From contig OZ024741.1 of assembly GCA_964016885.1 (NCBI GenBank), positions 341,434,001-341,498,000 on the forward strand: 64,000 nucleotides of DNA. Direction: 5' to 3'. The notes under the pieces are model-generated. The model was not told the DNA's origin. It was given only the letters and a program-made list of their open reading frames with translations, and searched no databases. The position numbers were made by a program, and so were the translations under genes. This document shows, one piece after another, positions 1 to 13,221 of the stretch. Source of the stretch: Eledone cirrhosa (Eukaryota). The first letter of the stretch is position 1; every line of letters starts with the position of its first letter.

Positions 1-60
1 AAAATCACACCCACTCACACACACTCACACACACACACACACACACACAGACACACACAG

Positions 61-94
<34 letters not shown>

Positions 95-99
95 ACACA

Positions 100-134
<35 letters not shown>
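1..134. repeat. (CA)n microsatellite
   Basis: Direct reading. Confidence 0.95.
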
Positions 135-136
<2 letters not shown>

Positions 137-354
137 TACATTGATCAAACACCACTGTATTCAGTTAATAAGTTTTTGATATACTCCTGTTTAATTGTTT
201 TTCATTTTTACTTTAATGTTATTTTTGTTGTTGTTTCTATTGTTATTGTTGTGTTTAATTTGGTTGCTGTTTGTTGTTATTGTTGTTGTTGCTGCTTCAG
301 TTATTTTTGTTGTTATTGTTCAATATTTTCTATTCTCAATACACAATACAAGTA

Positions 355-805
355 TCATCATCATCATCATCATCAACGTTTAACGTCCGTGTTCCACGCT
401 TGCATGGGTTTGGACGGGGGTAGTCCCACTTGAGGCAAGAGTGGTTATCTTGCTCGCATAGGACTGTCTGGCAGGTTTTCTACAGTTGGATGCCCTTCCT
501 AACACCAACCACATTTACAGTGTGGGTCTGGGAGGTTTTTACCGTGTTGCCTACACGGCCACATTACAGCGTGGACTGTGTGTTTTTTTGTCGTGACACC
601 TACACGATCTCATTTGTTTCGGCCTGGATGGTGTGGCACCAACATAACTTTACATAGAACGGGGTGGTGTGGATGGGGTGGGGGTGGTGGTGGTGGGACG
701 GGGGGGGGGGGGGTATTTTGTTAGAGATGCCTACTGGCTGTAGTAGGTTTTACTATGTATTTAGGTAAGGCGGGTCTTCTCTGTTACTGAGTACCGCCAA
801 AGGTG
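355..805 (-). mobile_element. 5'-truncated RTE LINE copy (last codons, 3'UTR, (GAT)n tail)
   Basis: Near-identical reverse complement of ~54645-55087, including the stop-codon region acccgccttacctaa. Confidence 0.9.
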
Positions 806-865
806 TAGATTTCAAATTTGCTCTACTGCTGACTTGAGACTTGAACTACTACTACTACCACCACC

Positions 866-896
<31 letters not shown>

Positions 897-1003
897 TAAC
901 GACTTTTAGACCCTTTCAAGTGTGGGAACAGGCTCAGGCCAGATGTGAAATGTTGTCCTTCCCAAATCTGATAATAGGTCCAGACCAGATGTTAAATATA
1001 ATC

Positions 1004-1034
<31 letters not shown>

Positions 1035-1179
1035 AACTACTGAAATGTGAAATGTTGCCCCTGTCCAGCTGGTAATAAACCCAGGACAGATGTGAAAGTG
1101 AAATGTGGGCCCACAAAGCTAGTAGATTTACTTCCCTATTTCCATCCAAGTCCCCAGCCCACCCTGTAAAGTGGTAGTT

Positions 1180-1575
1180 TTGGTGCCACAACAAAAAGCA
1201 CTCAGCTCACACTGTAAAATGGTCATGTAGGTGTCAATGAAAAAGAGCCCAGCCCACACTGTAAAGTGGTTGTGTAGGTGACATGACAAAAAGCGCCCAG
1301 TCCACACTTTTAAGTGGTCGTGTAGGTGTCATGACAAGAAGCACCCAGCCCACACTTAAAAGTGGTTGTGTAGGTGTCACGACAAAAAGCACTCAGTACA
1401 CTTTGTAAATATGGCTGGTGTTATGAATAGCATCCAGCTGTAAAAACCAAGCCAAAATCAGTTCTGTGTTAGTAAGATAGTCATCTGACCTGGCATGTCT
1501 TTTAATAGGACAATTCGTCTAACCCATGCCAGCGTGGAAAAATAAACATTAAACGATGATGATGATGATGATGAC
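1180..1575 (+). mobile_element. RTE 3'UTR-derived fragment with an expanded ~44-bp unit and (GAT)n tail
   Basis: 4-5 copies of cccagcccacactgtaaagtggttgtgtaggtgtca, then aacccatgccagcgtggaa...gatgatgat. Confidence 0.75.
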
Positions 1576-1899
1576 ACTTGAGAATTTCCTAATATAATAT
1601 TTTTCATTTGCATGTGCGTGTGCATGCATATGTGTGTATGTGCCTGTCTGTGTGTGTGTGTCTGTGTGTGTACATGTGCATTCATGTGTGAGTGTGTGTG
1701 TGTGTGCATGTGTCTGTGTGTGATTAGTTGCTAGTTTTGAAATCCAAATCATGTCAGCATGAAAAAAACAAACAGTAAAAGACAATCCCTAAAATAAAAC
1801 TATAATACAACCATGACAATTCAACTATTTTAATTCTCCTCAGTTCTCTTTTGAATGTTTCCATATTCCAAATTTACTTTACTGACTAGAAATACCACT

Positions 1900-2730
1900 G
1901 ATAAAAACACCACCATCAATCACAACAACAACAACACTATCACCACCCCTAATAACACCATCACTATCCCCCACCAGCAACAACAACAACACTATCACCA
2001 CCCCTAACAACAACAACACCACTCACACCATCTCCTATAACAACAGCATCACCACTATCATTAAACACCACCAACACCCCCAACAACAACACAACCATCT
2101 CCTTTACCAACACCACCACCATTAATAACACCATCACTATCACCACCACCCCCAACAACACCACTCACACCATCTCCTTTACCAACACTACCACCAACAC
2201 TATCACCACCATTAATAGCACCCCCCACCACCACTACCACCAACAACACTAACAGCAGCAACAACACCACTCACATCATCTTTTAACAACACCACCACCA
2301 TCACCATCACCACCATTAATAACACTATCACTATCACCAACAGCAATAACGACACCACCATCTAACATTACCACTATTGCCACCATGACCACAACTGTCA
2401 TCACCACCACCATTACCACCACCACCAACATCACCACTATCATTGCCACCACCACAACCACCATCATCACCACCACTATTACCACTATCACCACCATCAC
2501 CACCACCCCTATCATCACCACTACCACCACCACTGTCATCACCAACAACATTATCATCATCATCGTTTAACGTCCATCTTCTTAGAAGGTATCACCACAA
2601 TAATCATCACCACCACCACTATCACCATCACCACCACCACCACCACTACAACAATCATCATCACCACCACCACCACCACCACCACCACCAGTATCACCTC
2701 CATAACCACCACTGTCATCACCAACATAAT
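1900..2730. repeat. CAC/CAA/CAT low-complexity tract
   Basis: Direct reading. Confidence 0.9.
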
Positions 2731-2779
2731 TCTTATTATGTATCTTAACCCTCTCCTAACTACAATCCCACTGTAAACT

Positions 2780-3210
2780 CTTTTGGCCTCCACCCACTTT
2801 CTTGTCGCTACAGTGCCAGCCACATTCCATGCCATGCTGCTCTCAACGAGGTCATAAAGAATGGCTTGGATGCTGCAGGCTTCCCCTTCCTGCTTGAGCC
2901 GGTGGTGGGGCAGGACCAAGGGGATGGCAAAAGGCCAGACGGCATGACCATTTTCCTGTTCCATGATGGTAAACCCCTCGTCTGGGATACCACATGCAGC
3001 GACACATTCTCCAGCAGCAACCTGGTGCAGTCTGTGACTAACCCAGGCTCTGCTGCATTTCGGCCTGAGGAGGGTAAACTCTCCAAATATTGGTCGCTCT
3101 CCGACAGGTTTGCAGTCAAGCCCCTAGCAATGGAAACTTCTGGTATCCTTCACCCTAGGGCCACCTCCCTACTCACCAGCATAAGCACTGAGCTGGCTAG
3201 CCACAGGTGG
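2780..3210 (+). pseudogene. C-terminal restriction-like endonuclease (RLE) fragment of a CRE-like non-LTR element
   Basis: ...HAALNEVIK...LLEP...KRPDGMTIFLFHDGKPLVWDTTCSDTF...KY...F..PLAMETSG, the PD..D RLE signature. Confidence 0.7.
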
Positions 3211-3229
3211 GAACTACAATCTCCAAAAT

Positions 3230-3495
3230 CAAAGCAACCACACAGAGTCCCTGACTTACAGAATGGTATGATAAAAACAGATAGACCAGAGATAGAAATG
3301 ACAGCAAGAACAACCTAGTCTGGAGTGTGTGTGGACTGTGTTTCTGTGTTGATGATGTTAATCTACGGAGGGTGGAACACTTCATTTGGTGGCTTCTAGC
3401 ACATGACTAGGGGCTGATGGTTAGGCCAAAGGATTTGGCTGCCCGAGCAAAGCAGTTGACAGCTACCTCGAGATCTTCCTTCATGTCTGACAGAT
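3230..3495 (-). pseudogene. Degraded RTE-like RT fragment
   Basis: EDLEVAVNCFARAAKSFGLTISP resembles RTE RT motif 6. Confidence 0.45.
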
Positions 3496-3580
3496 GGTGT
3501 GTGTGAGAGAGAGAGGAGTGTTTCTGTGAGGACTGCTTATTTGTGTGTGTGTATGTGTGTGGAATGTGTGTGTATGTGTA

Positions 3581-3611
<31 letters not shown>

Positions 3612-3679
3612 TATGTGTGTGTGCATGGGTTTGTGTGTGTTTTAAGTAAATGAAATTTCTTTAAAAACCAAGAGATAGC

Positions 3680-5340
3680 AGTCAGCAACAACAACAGCAA
3701 CAACAACAGATAACAACTACAACAACAGCAGTAACAGCAATAGACAACAACAACAACAGTAACAACAACAAAAACAACACATCAACAGTAACAACAAACA
3801 ACAGCAACAGACAACAACAACAACAACAGTAACAACAATAACAACAGTAACAACAGCAAAGAAAGCAGCAACAACAATAACAAAAGATCACAACAACAGA
3901 CCACTACCACCACCACAACAACAACAACAACAATAACAACAGACAACAACAGCAACATCAACAACAACAGCAACAGCAACAACAATGGTAACATGGTAAC
4001 AACAACAGTAACAACAATGGTAACATGGTAACAACAACAGCAACAACAATGGTAACATGGTAACAACAACAATGGTAACATGGTAACAACAACAGTAACA
4101 ACAATGGTAACATGGTAACAACAACAGTAACAACAATGGTAACATGGTAACAACAACAGTAACAACAATGGTAACATGGTAACAACAACAGTAACAACAA
4201 TGGTAACATGGTAACAACAACAGCAACAACAATGGTAACATGGTAACAACAACAATGGTAACATGGTAACAACAACAGTAACAACAATGGTAACATGGTA
4301 ACAACAACAGTAACAACAATGGTAACATGGTAACAACAACAGTAACAACAATGGTAACATGGTAACAACAACAGTAACAACAATGGTAACATGGTAACAA
4401 CAACAGTAACAACAATGGTAACATGGTAACAACAACAGTAACAACAATGGTAACATGGTAACAACAACAGTAACAACAATGGTAACATGGTAACAACAAC
4501 AGTAACAACAATGGTAACATGGTAACAACAACAGCAACAACAATGGTAACATGGTAACAACAACAATGGTAACATGGTAACAACAACAGTAACAACAATG
4601 GTAACATGGTAACAACAACAGTAACAACAATGGTAACATGGTAACAACAACAGTAACAACAATGGTAACATGGTAACAACAACAGTAACAACAATGGTAA
4701 CATGGTAACAACAACAGCAACAACAATGGTAACATGGTAACAACAACAATGGTAACATGGTAACAACAACAGTAACAACAATGGTAACATGGTAACAACA
4801 ACAGTAACAACAATGGTAACATGGTAACAACAACAGCAACAACAATGGTAACATGGTAACAACAACAATGGTAACATGGTAACAACAACAGTAACAACAA
4901 TGGTAACATGGTAACAACAACAGTAACAACAATGGTAACATGGTAACAACAACAGTAACAACAATGGTAACATGGTAACAACAACAGCAACAACAATGGT
5001 AACATGGTAACAACAACAATGGTAACATGGTAACAACAACAGTAACAACAATGGTAACATGGTAACAACAACAGTAACAACAATGGTAACAACAACAGCA
5101 ACAACAATGGTAACATGGTAACAACAACAATGGTAACATGGTAACAACAACAGTAACAACAATGGTAACATGGTAACAACAACAGTAACAACAATGGTAA
5201 CATGGTAACAACAACAGCAACAACAATGGTAACATGGTAACAACAACAATGGTAACAACAACAGCAACAACAATGGTAACATGGTAACAACAACAATGGT
5301 AACAACAACAGCAACAACAATGGTAACATGGTAACAGCAA
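3680..5340. repeat. (AAC)n tract grading into a 33-bp minisatellite with 21-bp variants
   Basis: Unit aacaacaatggtaacatggtaacaacaacagt, ~40 copies from ~3983. Confidence 0.95.
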
Positions 5341-5894
5341 CAGACTGTAAAGAAATATGATGACAATGATCAAGTCGACTGCTGGCAGGAACAAAAATGT
5401 CCAGCATCTAGCAACATATCTGTTCCATATTTAAAAGAAGAGGTTAGAATATCCAGCAAGATGAAGCAGAGCAAGAAAGAGATTCTCCTTCAAATGATAT
5501 TTGTTGAAAAATCTCTATACATATTTCGTGAACTGGCATCTTATTGTAACAATCAACTCTACAGAGTTTTATTGAAAAATGTTTCACAATATCTTACTGT
5601 AATGAATGACTGAAAGAAGAGTTCTAATTATATATTAAAGAAACCACATAGGTTCCCTAATACATCACAAAGACATGAGGGTTATGATAATACATGATAC
5701 ATGGCCAATATAAAAAGCTGAGAGGTCAGTCATGTCTTTCTGAATAAAGTTCACTTATGATAATCATCCAAAGGGAATAAAGCTGGAATAATTACTAGCT
5801 GATGTTCTAATGATTCTGACAATATGTCACCTTGTGCTATTCAAAGGTTTCTAAAATATCTAGTTTGTGCTTTGCTGCAGGGTGCCAATTAAAG

Positions 5895-6210
5895 TAATTG
5901 TTTCTACTTTAGGCACAAGGCCAGCAATTACCCAGTGCATTACTGGTACTTTATTTTATCGACCCCCGTAAGGATGAAAGGCAAAGTTAACATAGTGGAA
6001 TAGTAATATTAGTAGAGTGTTGGACAAAATGCTTTGTGGTATGTAGTTATGGCCTTTTATGTTCTGAGTTCAAATCCCACTAAGGTTAGCTTTGCCTATC
6101 ATCCTTATAGGGCCAATAAAATAAAGGACAAGTAATGCATAGTTGATTTAATCGACTTTTCCCTTCCTTTCAAATTGCTGGCCTTATGCCAAAAGTAGCA
6201 ACAACTATTA
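5895..6210. mobile_element. Two MetaSINE-like tRNA-derived SINE pieces in opposite orientation
   Basis: Core ctttgcctttcatcctt..ggggtcgataaaataaagtaccag on - (5895-5990) and a degenerate copy on + (6000-6210). Confidence 0.75.
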
Positions 6211-6211
6211 C

Positions 6212-6541
6212 CCGACCTCCCATGGGTACAAGCTGAAGCATATAGACAATATGCCCCCACAAACCCCACTGCAAGGTGGTCGTGGAGGTGCCATGGCAAA
6301 AAAGCACCCAGCCCACACTGTAAAGTGGACATGTAGGCACCACGAAAAAGCACCCAGCACTCACTGTAAATGAGGTTGGTGTTAGGAAGGGCATCCAGCT
6401 GTAGAAATCAAGCCAAATCAGTTCCTGTATGAGCAAGGCATGGTCAGCCGACCAGACACTGCCCACAACAGGACAACCCGTCTAACCCATGCTAGCGTGG
6501 AAGAACGGACGTAAAACGGTGATGATGATGATGATGATGAA
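6212..6541 (+). mobile_element. RTE 3'UTR fragment (second subfamily) with (GAT)n tail
   Basis: Highly similar to 48660-48990. Confidence 0.8.
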
Positions 6542-6544
6542 TGA

Positions 6545-7440
6545 GCAAGGTGGAGACTCTTACCCAGAAATGGTCTGAGAAGAAGCTATCCCTGAAAGGT
6601 CATGCAGAAGTTGTGAACGTGTACATCACGTCCATTATTTACTACTGTCTGATGATAGTACCTTATCCTGGTCCACATCTGACAGCACTGGAGCATTTTC
6701 TCTTTCGCTTTTTATAGAAATGATTTCTACTGATCAGGTGCTCCATTTACTGTCAACACCCACTGCGTGGAGGACTGAGTATGCCATGGCAGATGATGCG
6801 CAGACAAGAGCTAAAGCTAAGACATCTCCAACTTTTCTTGACAGTTAATAGGTGTGGTCACCATTCTCTAGGCACATTTTTTCCCAACTCATTTCTTTCA
6901 TGGAGCTGCAGTCCTAGGTTAATCAAAGTCTAAGAGGGAGCACTTGGAATCTAGAATGTCTTCAAGCGCTCACAGCTTTCTGCCAATCAGACAGTACAAT
7001 CAGTGAAAACTCCACTTTGACATTCTATAGAGGGCTAGTGGCAGGTAAAAGTGATGATATTCTTGGAGAGATTCTGGACATTGATGGAAAACCAATTAAT
7101 TATTCTTTTCAGGAGGACTTTCAGTCCAGAGCCCATGGACAATTTCCAGAAATCCCTGGCCTGGCAGTGCTACTAGGGAGCATTACCAGTTTGAGATAAA
7201 CTCAATAAGCATGGAAGTTCTGTCAGCAACACCTCTCCAAGATGAGCACAGGATGACAAATCCATCCTGCATGCACTCCTTCAGTGTCCAAGTATTGCTG
7301 ACTTGTAGGTTTATCTCAGACAGCTGCTGTCATGTGTAGAACACATCTGGCTAGCAGCTTAGTCCATCATGAAGATCACCCCGCCAACTCCCTTTATCAG
7401 GGAAGGAGAGGCAGTTTTTATCTACCTGATGGCCATGGTT
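6545..7440 (+). pseudogene. Degenerate Tx1/L1-group ORF2 C-terminal remnant
   Basis: KLSLKGHAEVVNVYITSIIYY, GGLSMP and SILHALLQCP motifs, with many stops. Confidence 0.6.
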
Positions 7441-8479
7441 GCAGTATTTGATCTAAGTATTCAGATCCTGAGTTCATAACTCCACTGAAGGCAACTTTAC
7501 CTTTCATCCGTCCTTGCTGAACAATAGAAAATATCAGTCAAGAAAATGGGATCAACTTAATTGAGTACATGAGGTATTGGCATTGGCAGATTATTGTACT
7601 AGGATGGCGGAGGGGGGGGGGGGGGGGGTGTAGCCAGTTATCATGTAGCTTAATCAACCCTTGAGCACATGTTCCACATTTACAGTTAAGTGGAATAAAA
7701 TCTATACTTGATTACAAGAGTTTGCATCAGAATGACATCTAGGCATAGAATGCTGCCTCAAGAAATCTCATCCAACCCATGCCAGAATAGAGAAGCAGAT
7801 GTAAGAATGATAACGATGATGATTATTGTTTGATCTCATATATACAGCTTATAATAATGGTGAATATATGCCTTTATCAACAAAGACTATGAAACGTGAT
7901 AAATGAAAATCCAACTAAAACCATGTATATCATATATATCATATATATATATTATATATATATATATAGAGAGAGAAGAAGGATATGGAACTTCAAAGAA
8001 CAATTTTTCTTCCTCAACACATGATCCAACCATCTCAACCTAATAAATAATTAAATTTCTATAGCAGTTGCTGCTATGGTGTCATAAATACAAAAAGAAC
8101 TCCTCTTAAAATATGTTGGTATTTGTGAATGAAATAAACAGTTAATACAAGCATATATTACCTCAGACGACAATAGAACGAAAGACAAGATCAGAAAAAC
8201 CTATTAAAAGCTCATGCAATGATAAATACAATGACATCAATAGACAAATGAAATTACTAGCATCCAATCCCTTTATACATGACAAGACCAACTGTATAGC
8301 CAAGAAAAGAAAAGAAACGTATAGATGACATACAAAGACAACTTCAACACACTGAAATATAGACTAAACAACTCTTTCATTACTGTATTCCTAATAAAAG
8401 GTACATTGCTTATGATTTTCAAGTAATTTTGAAAATAATCAAAAATGTTAATATAACTAGCTTTCTCATTATCAAGATG

Positions 8480-8892
8480 ACATTTGGGACATAACTTAAT
8501 CAAAGATTCGTACATGATGGAAAGTTTTTAGAAGAATATACACAATTTAAATTAAACAATTTATCATCATAGATCCAGGTGCATTTTCAGGTGGTTTGGT
8601 ATAAAAAGGGTTAAGATAACGTTTGGAACATAACTTATCAAAGATTCTTACATAATGGAAGGTTTTTAGAAAAATATACAGAATTTAAATTAAACAGATT
8701 ATTATCATAAATCGAGGTGTATTTTCAGGTGGTTTGGTAAGAAAAGGGTTAAGCTGATGTTTGGAACATAACTTATCAAAGCTTCTTGCATAAAATTATG
8801 ATGGATGATTTTTAGATAAACACTTTAAGATAAACAGCTTTAAGATAAACAACCAGGGGTTGTTTAAGCTGGTTTGGTGTCAGAAGGGTTAA
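8480..8892. repeat. ~125-bp tandem repeat x3, each unit ending aagggttaa
   Basis: Units begin ttgg(g/a)acataactt at ~8484, ~8622 and ~8760. Confidence 0.75.
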
Positions 8893-9519
8893 CTCTAAAA
8901 GAAAATTGAATCTTGACAACAAAATTAGACAACAACATCAGACCCAATCTAAGAAAAAAATAGACTCTTACATAAAAGTAAATATTATGAAAAAACCCCA
9001 CCTTCCTCATAGTTTGATTTCACTAATGAATATTTTGAAGTGACTACCCATATTTTTGCAAACTCAATGGTAGCAACCAAGGACAATATAGGATAGGAAG
9101 ATCCATTTACTAAGGAGAATGTTTACTCTTAGTGCGGTCTTGGTGGTGGTTCACAAGATCAATATAGAACAGACTGACCTGGTGCCTTTGTCTTTGGAAG
9201 ACTCCTAGGTAGCTGAAGAGATGATTATAAGACATATTGACAGACCTAGCCACAGGGGCTAAAGAAAATTTTTGTTCTGGGTTTAGAATTGTTGTGCCAC
9301 ATTTTTCTTCTGAACAGAGCAAATATTTTTGGAAATGTAAGCAGTTCCTGAAAATCTCACTATTGAAGTTGAGATATTCTTTAGATAATATTAATCTCTA
9401 GAGAATTCTGACTTTCTCACTAATATACACGCAAACACATATATATACATATACATTTGAATATACACACACACACACACACACCTAAACACTTCAGTGA
9501 GACTTATTAGGATTAACTA

Positions 9520-9712
9520 TCTCTAACTAATCCCCCTGGATTCCCAAGTGAGACCATCCAAGCTCATGGATGTTATCCAACCATCTTGCTCAGGGTTTCC
9601 TGCCAGTTGGTTTCGCTCATAAAATTTGTCCAGCGATTCTTTCCTGAGACATTCTAACCACATGGCCATAGTATTGGAGCTGTGATCTCTCAATTCAAAG
9701 AAGAGATCTCTC
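9520..9712 (-). pseudogene. 3' fragment of an RTE-like LINE of a different family
   Basis: Similar to 23555-23750, the LRxYGHVVRM-type C-terminal region. Confidence 0.6.
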
Positions 9713-9826
9713 AAGGAAGAGGAGGAGGGGAGGAGAACGAGGAGGAGGAGGAGGAGAAGGAGAAGGAGAAGGAGAAGAAGAAGAAGAAGAAGAAGAAGAA
9801 GAAGAAGAAGAAGAAGAAGAAGAAAA
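9713..9826. repeat. (GAG/GAA)n microsatellite
   Basis: Direct reading. Confidence 0.95.
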
Positions 9827-10189
9827 GGCCAACTAAGCAGTCTCGTATGACTCACATTACTGAACCTTAAGGTATCAGATTTTTATACAAATATAATTCA
9901 ATTAAATATATAATAATTTACTGCAATCAATCAATATATCACTAAACATATTTGCCACATAGCAGCATTGTGAGAATATCCAAACCAGTGGAGATGGTTA
10001 TATGATATTAAAACCTGTCATGTGATTGCAGATTGAACTGGAAAATGGTAGCTAAGTAATTTTCTTAGTGTGGTCAAAGTAAGGAGTGTGAAAGTCTAGG
10101 TTTATCTGCTTGCCAAACTGCAAGTTGAAATTGTTTTATTTCAGAGAATGGGGTGCATATCTGGGTGAACAGGGTGCACATTGTATGAC

Positions 10190-10640
10190 AAGCCTAAAGG
10201 ACTAAATGCCCAGACACATACCGTAGGATTATCCTAGGGCACTAAATACCCAGGTACACATTGTTGAGCAAACCTAGTGCAATAAATACTTAGACACATA
10301 TTATGGAGTTAGTCTAGGGCACTAAATATCCAGGCACACATTATAGGGCTAATCTAGAGCACTAAATACCCAGGTACACTGTGTAGAGCTAGCCTAGGGC
10401 ACTAAATACACAGACATACAACATAGGACTAAGCATTAAATACCTAGGTACACAGTGTAGAGCTAACCTGGGCCACTAAATACCCAAGCACACATCATAG
10501 AGCTAACCTGGGGTACTAAATATCCAGGCACACATCATAGAGTTAACCTAGGGCACTAAATACCCAGGCACACACCATATAGCTAACCTAGGGCACTAAA
10601 TATTCAGGCACACATAGTAGTACTAAATATACAGACATCT
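10190..10640. repeat. ~41-bp degenerate minisatellite, about 11 copies
   Basis: Unit ctagggcactaaatacccaggcacacat..agagctaac. Confidence 0.85.
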
Positions 10641-10704
10641 ACTCTGAATATACTAAATATTCTCTAAAACAATACTGTTTGTTAAATGGAAATAGTTTAC
10701 TTAC

Positions 10705-10775
10705 CAAAAGAATCTTGGTGTTACAAAATTGTGTAATAATGTCCAGTTTCGTCCAAAGTTTAATGAACAGTAAAG
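10705..10775 (-). CDS. SORCS: Next coding exon of the SorCS-like gene (71 nt, phase 0-2)
   Basis: Acceptor atttattttccag| and donor |gtaagt. It translates LYCSLNFGRNWTLLHNFVTPRFF(W), an Asp-box-like SxxFGxxW motif resembling SorCS LYSSxxFGRRW...NRFYW. The phase joins cleanly to the 42606-42761 exon. Confidence 0.85.
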
Positions 10776-11329
10776 CTGGAAAATAAATATTTAAATATAT
10801 AAATAAAAAGATGATGATGATGATAATGGTTTCTAATTTAGGCACAAGGCAAACAATTTAGGAAAAGAGAAAGTTCATTATAACAATTCCAGTAATTGAC
10901 TGCTGTTGCATTTTATCGAACCCTAGAAAATATGAAAAACAAAGTTGACATTGGTGGGGGTTGATCTCTAAAAGCGTTTTCTAATTTAGGCACCTAGCCA
11001 GCAATTTGAGGGTAGAGGAGTGTTGATTATATCAACCTCAGTATTTGACGATGAAGAATTTATAAACATACAACTTATGTCATTGGAAAAATATGTATCA
11101 ATACATTTTACTCTCTGCAATGAATATCTTTTGTTTTTAACAAGTGAAATCAGCAGAATCTTTATGATGCTGTAAATATTCCCTCTTTTTTTTATAAAGT
11201 TTTAAAATACATTTACTTATGTGTGTGTTGAGGGAGTGTCTGCCAAGCCCACCCAACTCATACAAAGACATACAAAGATACCTTACAATCCATCTCATGT
11301 CAACATGGAAGCCAGATATGTTCCACCTT

Positions 11330-11890
11330 GTACCATAATAAAATGCCAAGTTATGGCTAGGAAGGGCTTCTGGTCAGGGAGACCAAGCCAAAACAAGAAC
11401 AGAATTATGAACTGGACATGGTCTCTTGTCCAGCCTAGAGTGTGACAGCCCATCTGACCCAGGCAGGCATTGGGGAAGTAAATATCTAATGATTATGTTA
11501 ATGTACTCACCTGCCCCCTCCACACACTTGGTACACCTTTCCTATCCAACCTATGCATGCATGGAAAGCCGGACATGCTCATCACCTGTTCTCCCTCTGT
11601 GCTGCTGCCACAGCAAAAAAACACTGAGTCAACCTTGTAAGATAGTCATGCTTGAGCCATGATCAAAAGCACCCAGTCTACTCTGTAAAATGGTAGTAGT
11701 GGTGCCATGAGAAAAGCTCTGAGTACAATGTGGTTGGCTTAAGGAAAAGCATCCAGCTGTAGAAAACCCAGCCAAAACAGATCTGTATCTGCAAGACACG
11801 GTCACCTAACCTGGTTAGCCTCAAAACATGACAACCTGTCAAACCCATTCTAGCATGGAAAATAGATGTTTAACAGTGATGATGATGATG
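11330..11890. mobile_element. Old RTE 3'UTR-like fragments ending in (GAT)n
   Basis: aaagcacccag, catccagctgtagaaaacc and aacccattctagcatggaa motifs. Confidence 0.55.
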
Positions 11891-12741
11891 CGTGTTTGCA
11901 TATATATATATATATATATATATACGGCCTGCCCGCCCAGCCAGTGGGATGGCATCACCGTATGGCTAAAACAGCACATCCTGTGACCAGCAGTGCCGAA
12001 TGGCGCCCGACAGACTGGTCGGTCAAGGGGATATGAGCTTGCCAGTCATGTAAGTCTGATATTTGATTTTGGATTCAAAGAAACACTTTAAACGATTAAT
12101 CGTTTGATTTGTCCAGGTGTATTTTTCTCAACCTGTTAGTTCTATCGTTACTTTGGTATAGTATTGTGTGTTAGATTTGCCTACCACAATGTTCAATTTG
12201 TCAAGCTATTTAAATGTATGTTATTACTCTAAGGCCCTAACTTATCGAGTGCTTTGCTAACTCATCATTTCATATAAGTTGGCCGAATTTACTTGCAAAC
12301 TGCCAGAGATTCGATTTTACTAAATTTACAATTATATACATATGTATGTATATATATATAATTATCTGATTTAATATTTGATTTCCTTGTAGCAAGAGTT
12401 GGATGGGTTATCACAGATTATTCAATAACCAAGCAGAGCTACTGAGCTCTCGGTTGGACCAGGGCCCTGCATCTTGCTTCCGTGCATTCATACACTCTTG
12501 AGTGCATTTTATTGCAGTACCAGCATTAGGGAAGGTGCTATCTCTTTGACACTGTCAGTTCTTTGAGAGCATATATATATATAATTTTTATTATTATTTA
12601 ACACCCATTTTCCCTACTAGTAAAGATTGGACAATGTGTGTGTGTGCATGAGTGTGTGTTATGTGTGTGCCTTTGTGTGTGTGTGTGTTATGTGTGTGCC
12701 TGTGTGTGTGTATATCATGCTTGCGTACATGTACAAAGATT

Positions 12742-12943
12742 TACGAGGGTCGGCTGAAAAGTTCATAGACGGACCAAGATACTCTCATGGAATAACTAAA
12801 TGATGTTTATTTTCCAACATAATCCCTGGAAAGAAACAATGGAGTTATTAATAAGAAGAATTAAAATTAATGCATGCAAGATTTCACAGCTCTAGCATCA
12901 TTCCTTCATAGTTAACCTATGAACTTTCCAGCCCACCCTCATA
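12742..12943. mobile_element. Mariner-type MITE
   Basis: TIRs TA-cgagggtcggctgaaaagttcatag / ctatgaactttccagcccaccctca-TA, with TA TSD. Confidence 0.85.
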
Positions 12944-13221
12944 TAAATGTAGGCATGCAGCATTCAATACTGGCTCTATTCACATCATCCTCTACAATTT
13001 ATTGTTCTTCTTCTTCTGTGTAAGCAATACTTAGCTTACCCACTGGGACCTTTCTCATTTCCATTCTTTCCAGCCATCTCAGCTGTTCCCAGAAATATTT
13101 CTAAAGATATTAAAATAGGAGACATCAACATTTCTTCCATGGTTGCTCTCAAAAATGATAGCTACATTAGCTAATGCCATCGTAAATAGATGGTGGTAGT
13201 GGAGATGATAGCAACAGCAGT

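Noticed and set aside
3782-5407. Three overlapping Cys/Leu/Val-rich ORFs of 480-540 aa
   Set aside because: All three minus frames give the same peptide blocks, a by-product of the 33-bp minisatellite
5341-5613. ~90-codon open frame on + after the 33-bp minisatellite
   Set aside because: No recognisable motif, and it is antisense to the host gene
8162-8210. Exon-like minus segment reading VFLILSFVLLSSE
   Set aside because: It has a stop in the phase required after exon 10705-10775 and no supporting homology
13040-13100. 61-nt minus-strand segment with good acceptor and donor signals
   Set aside because: The flanking SorCS-like exons already join in phase; inclusion would frameshift, and it has no Vps10 similarity
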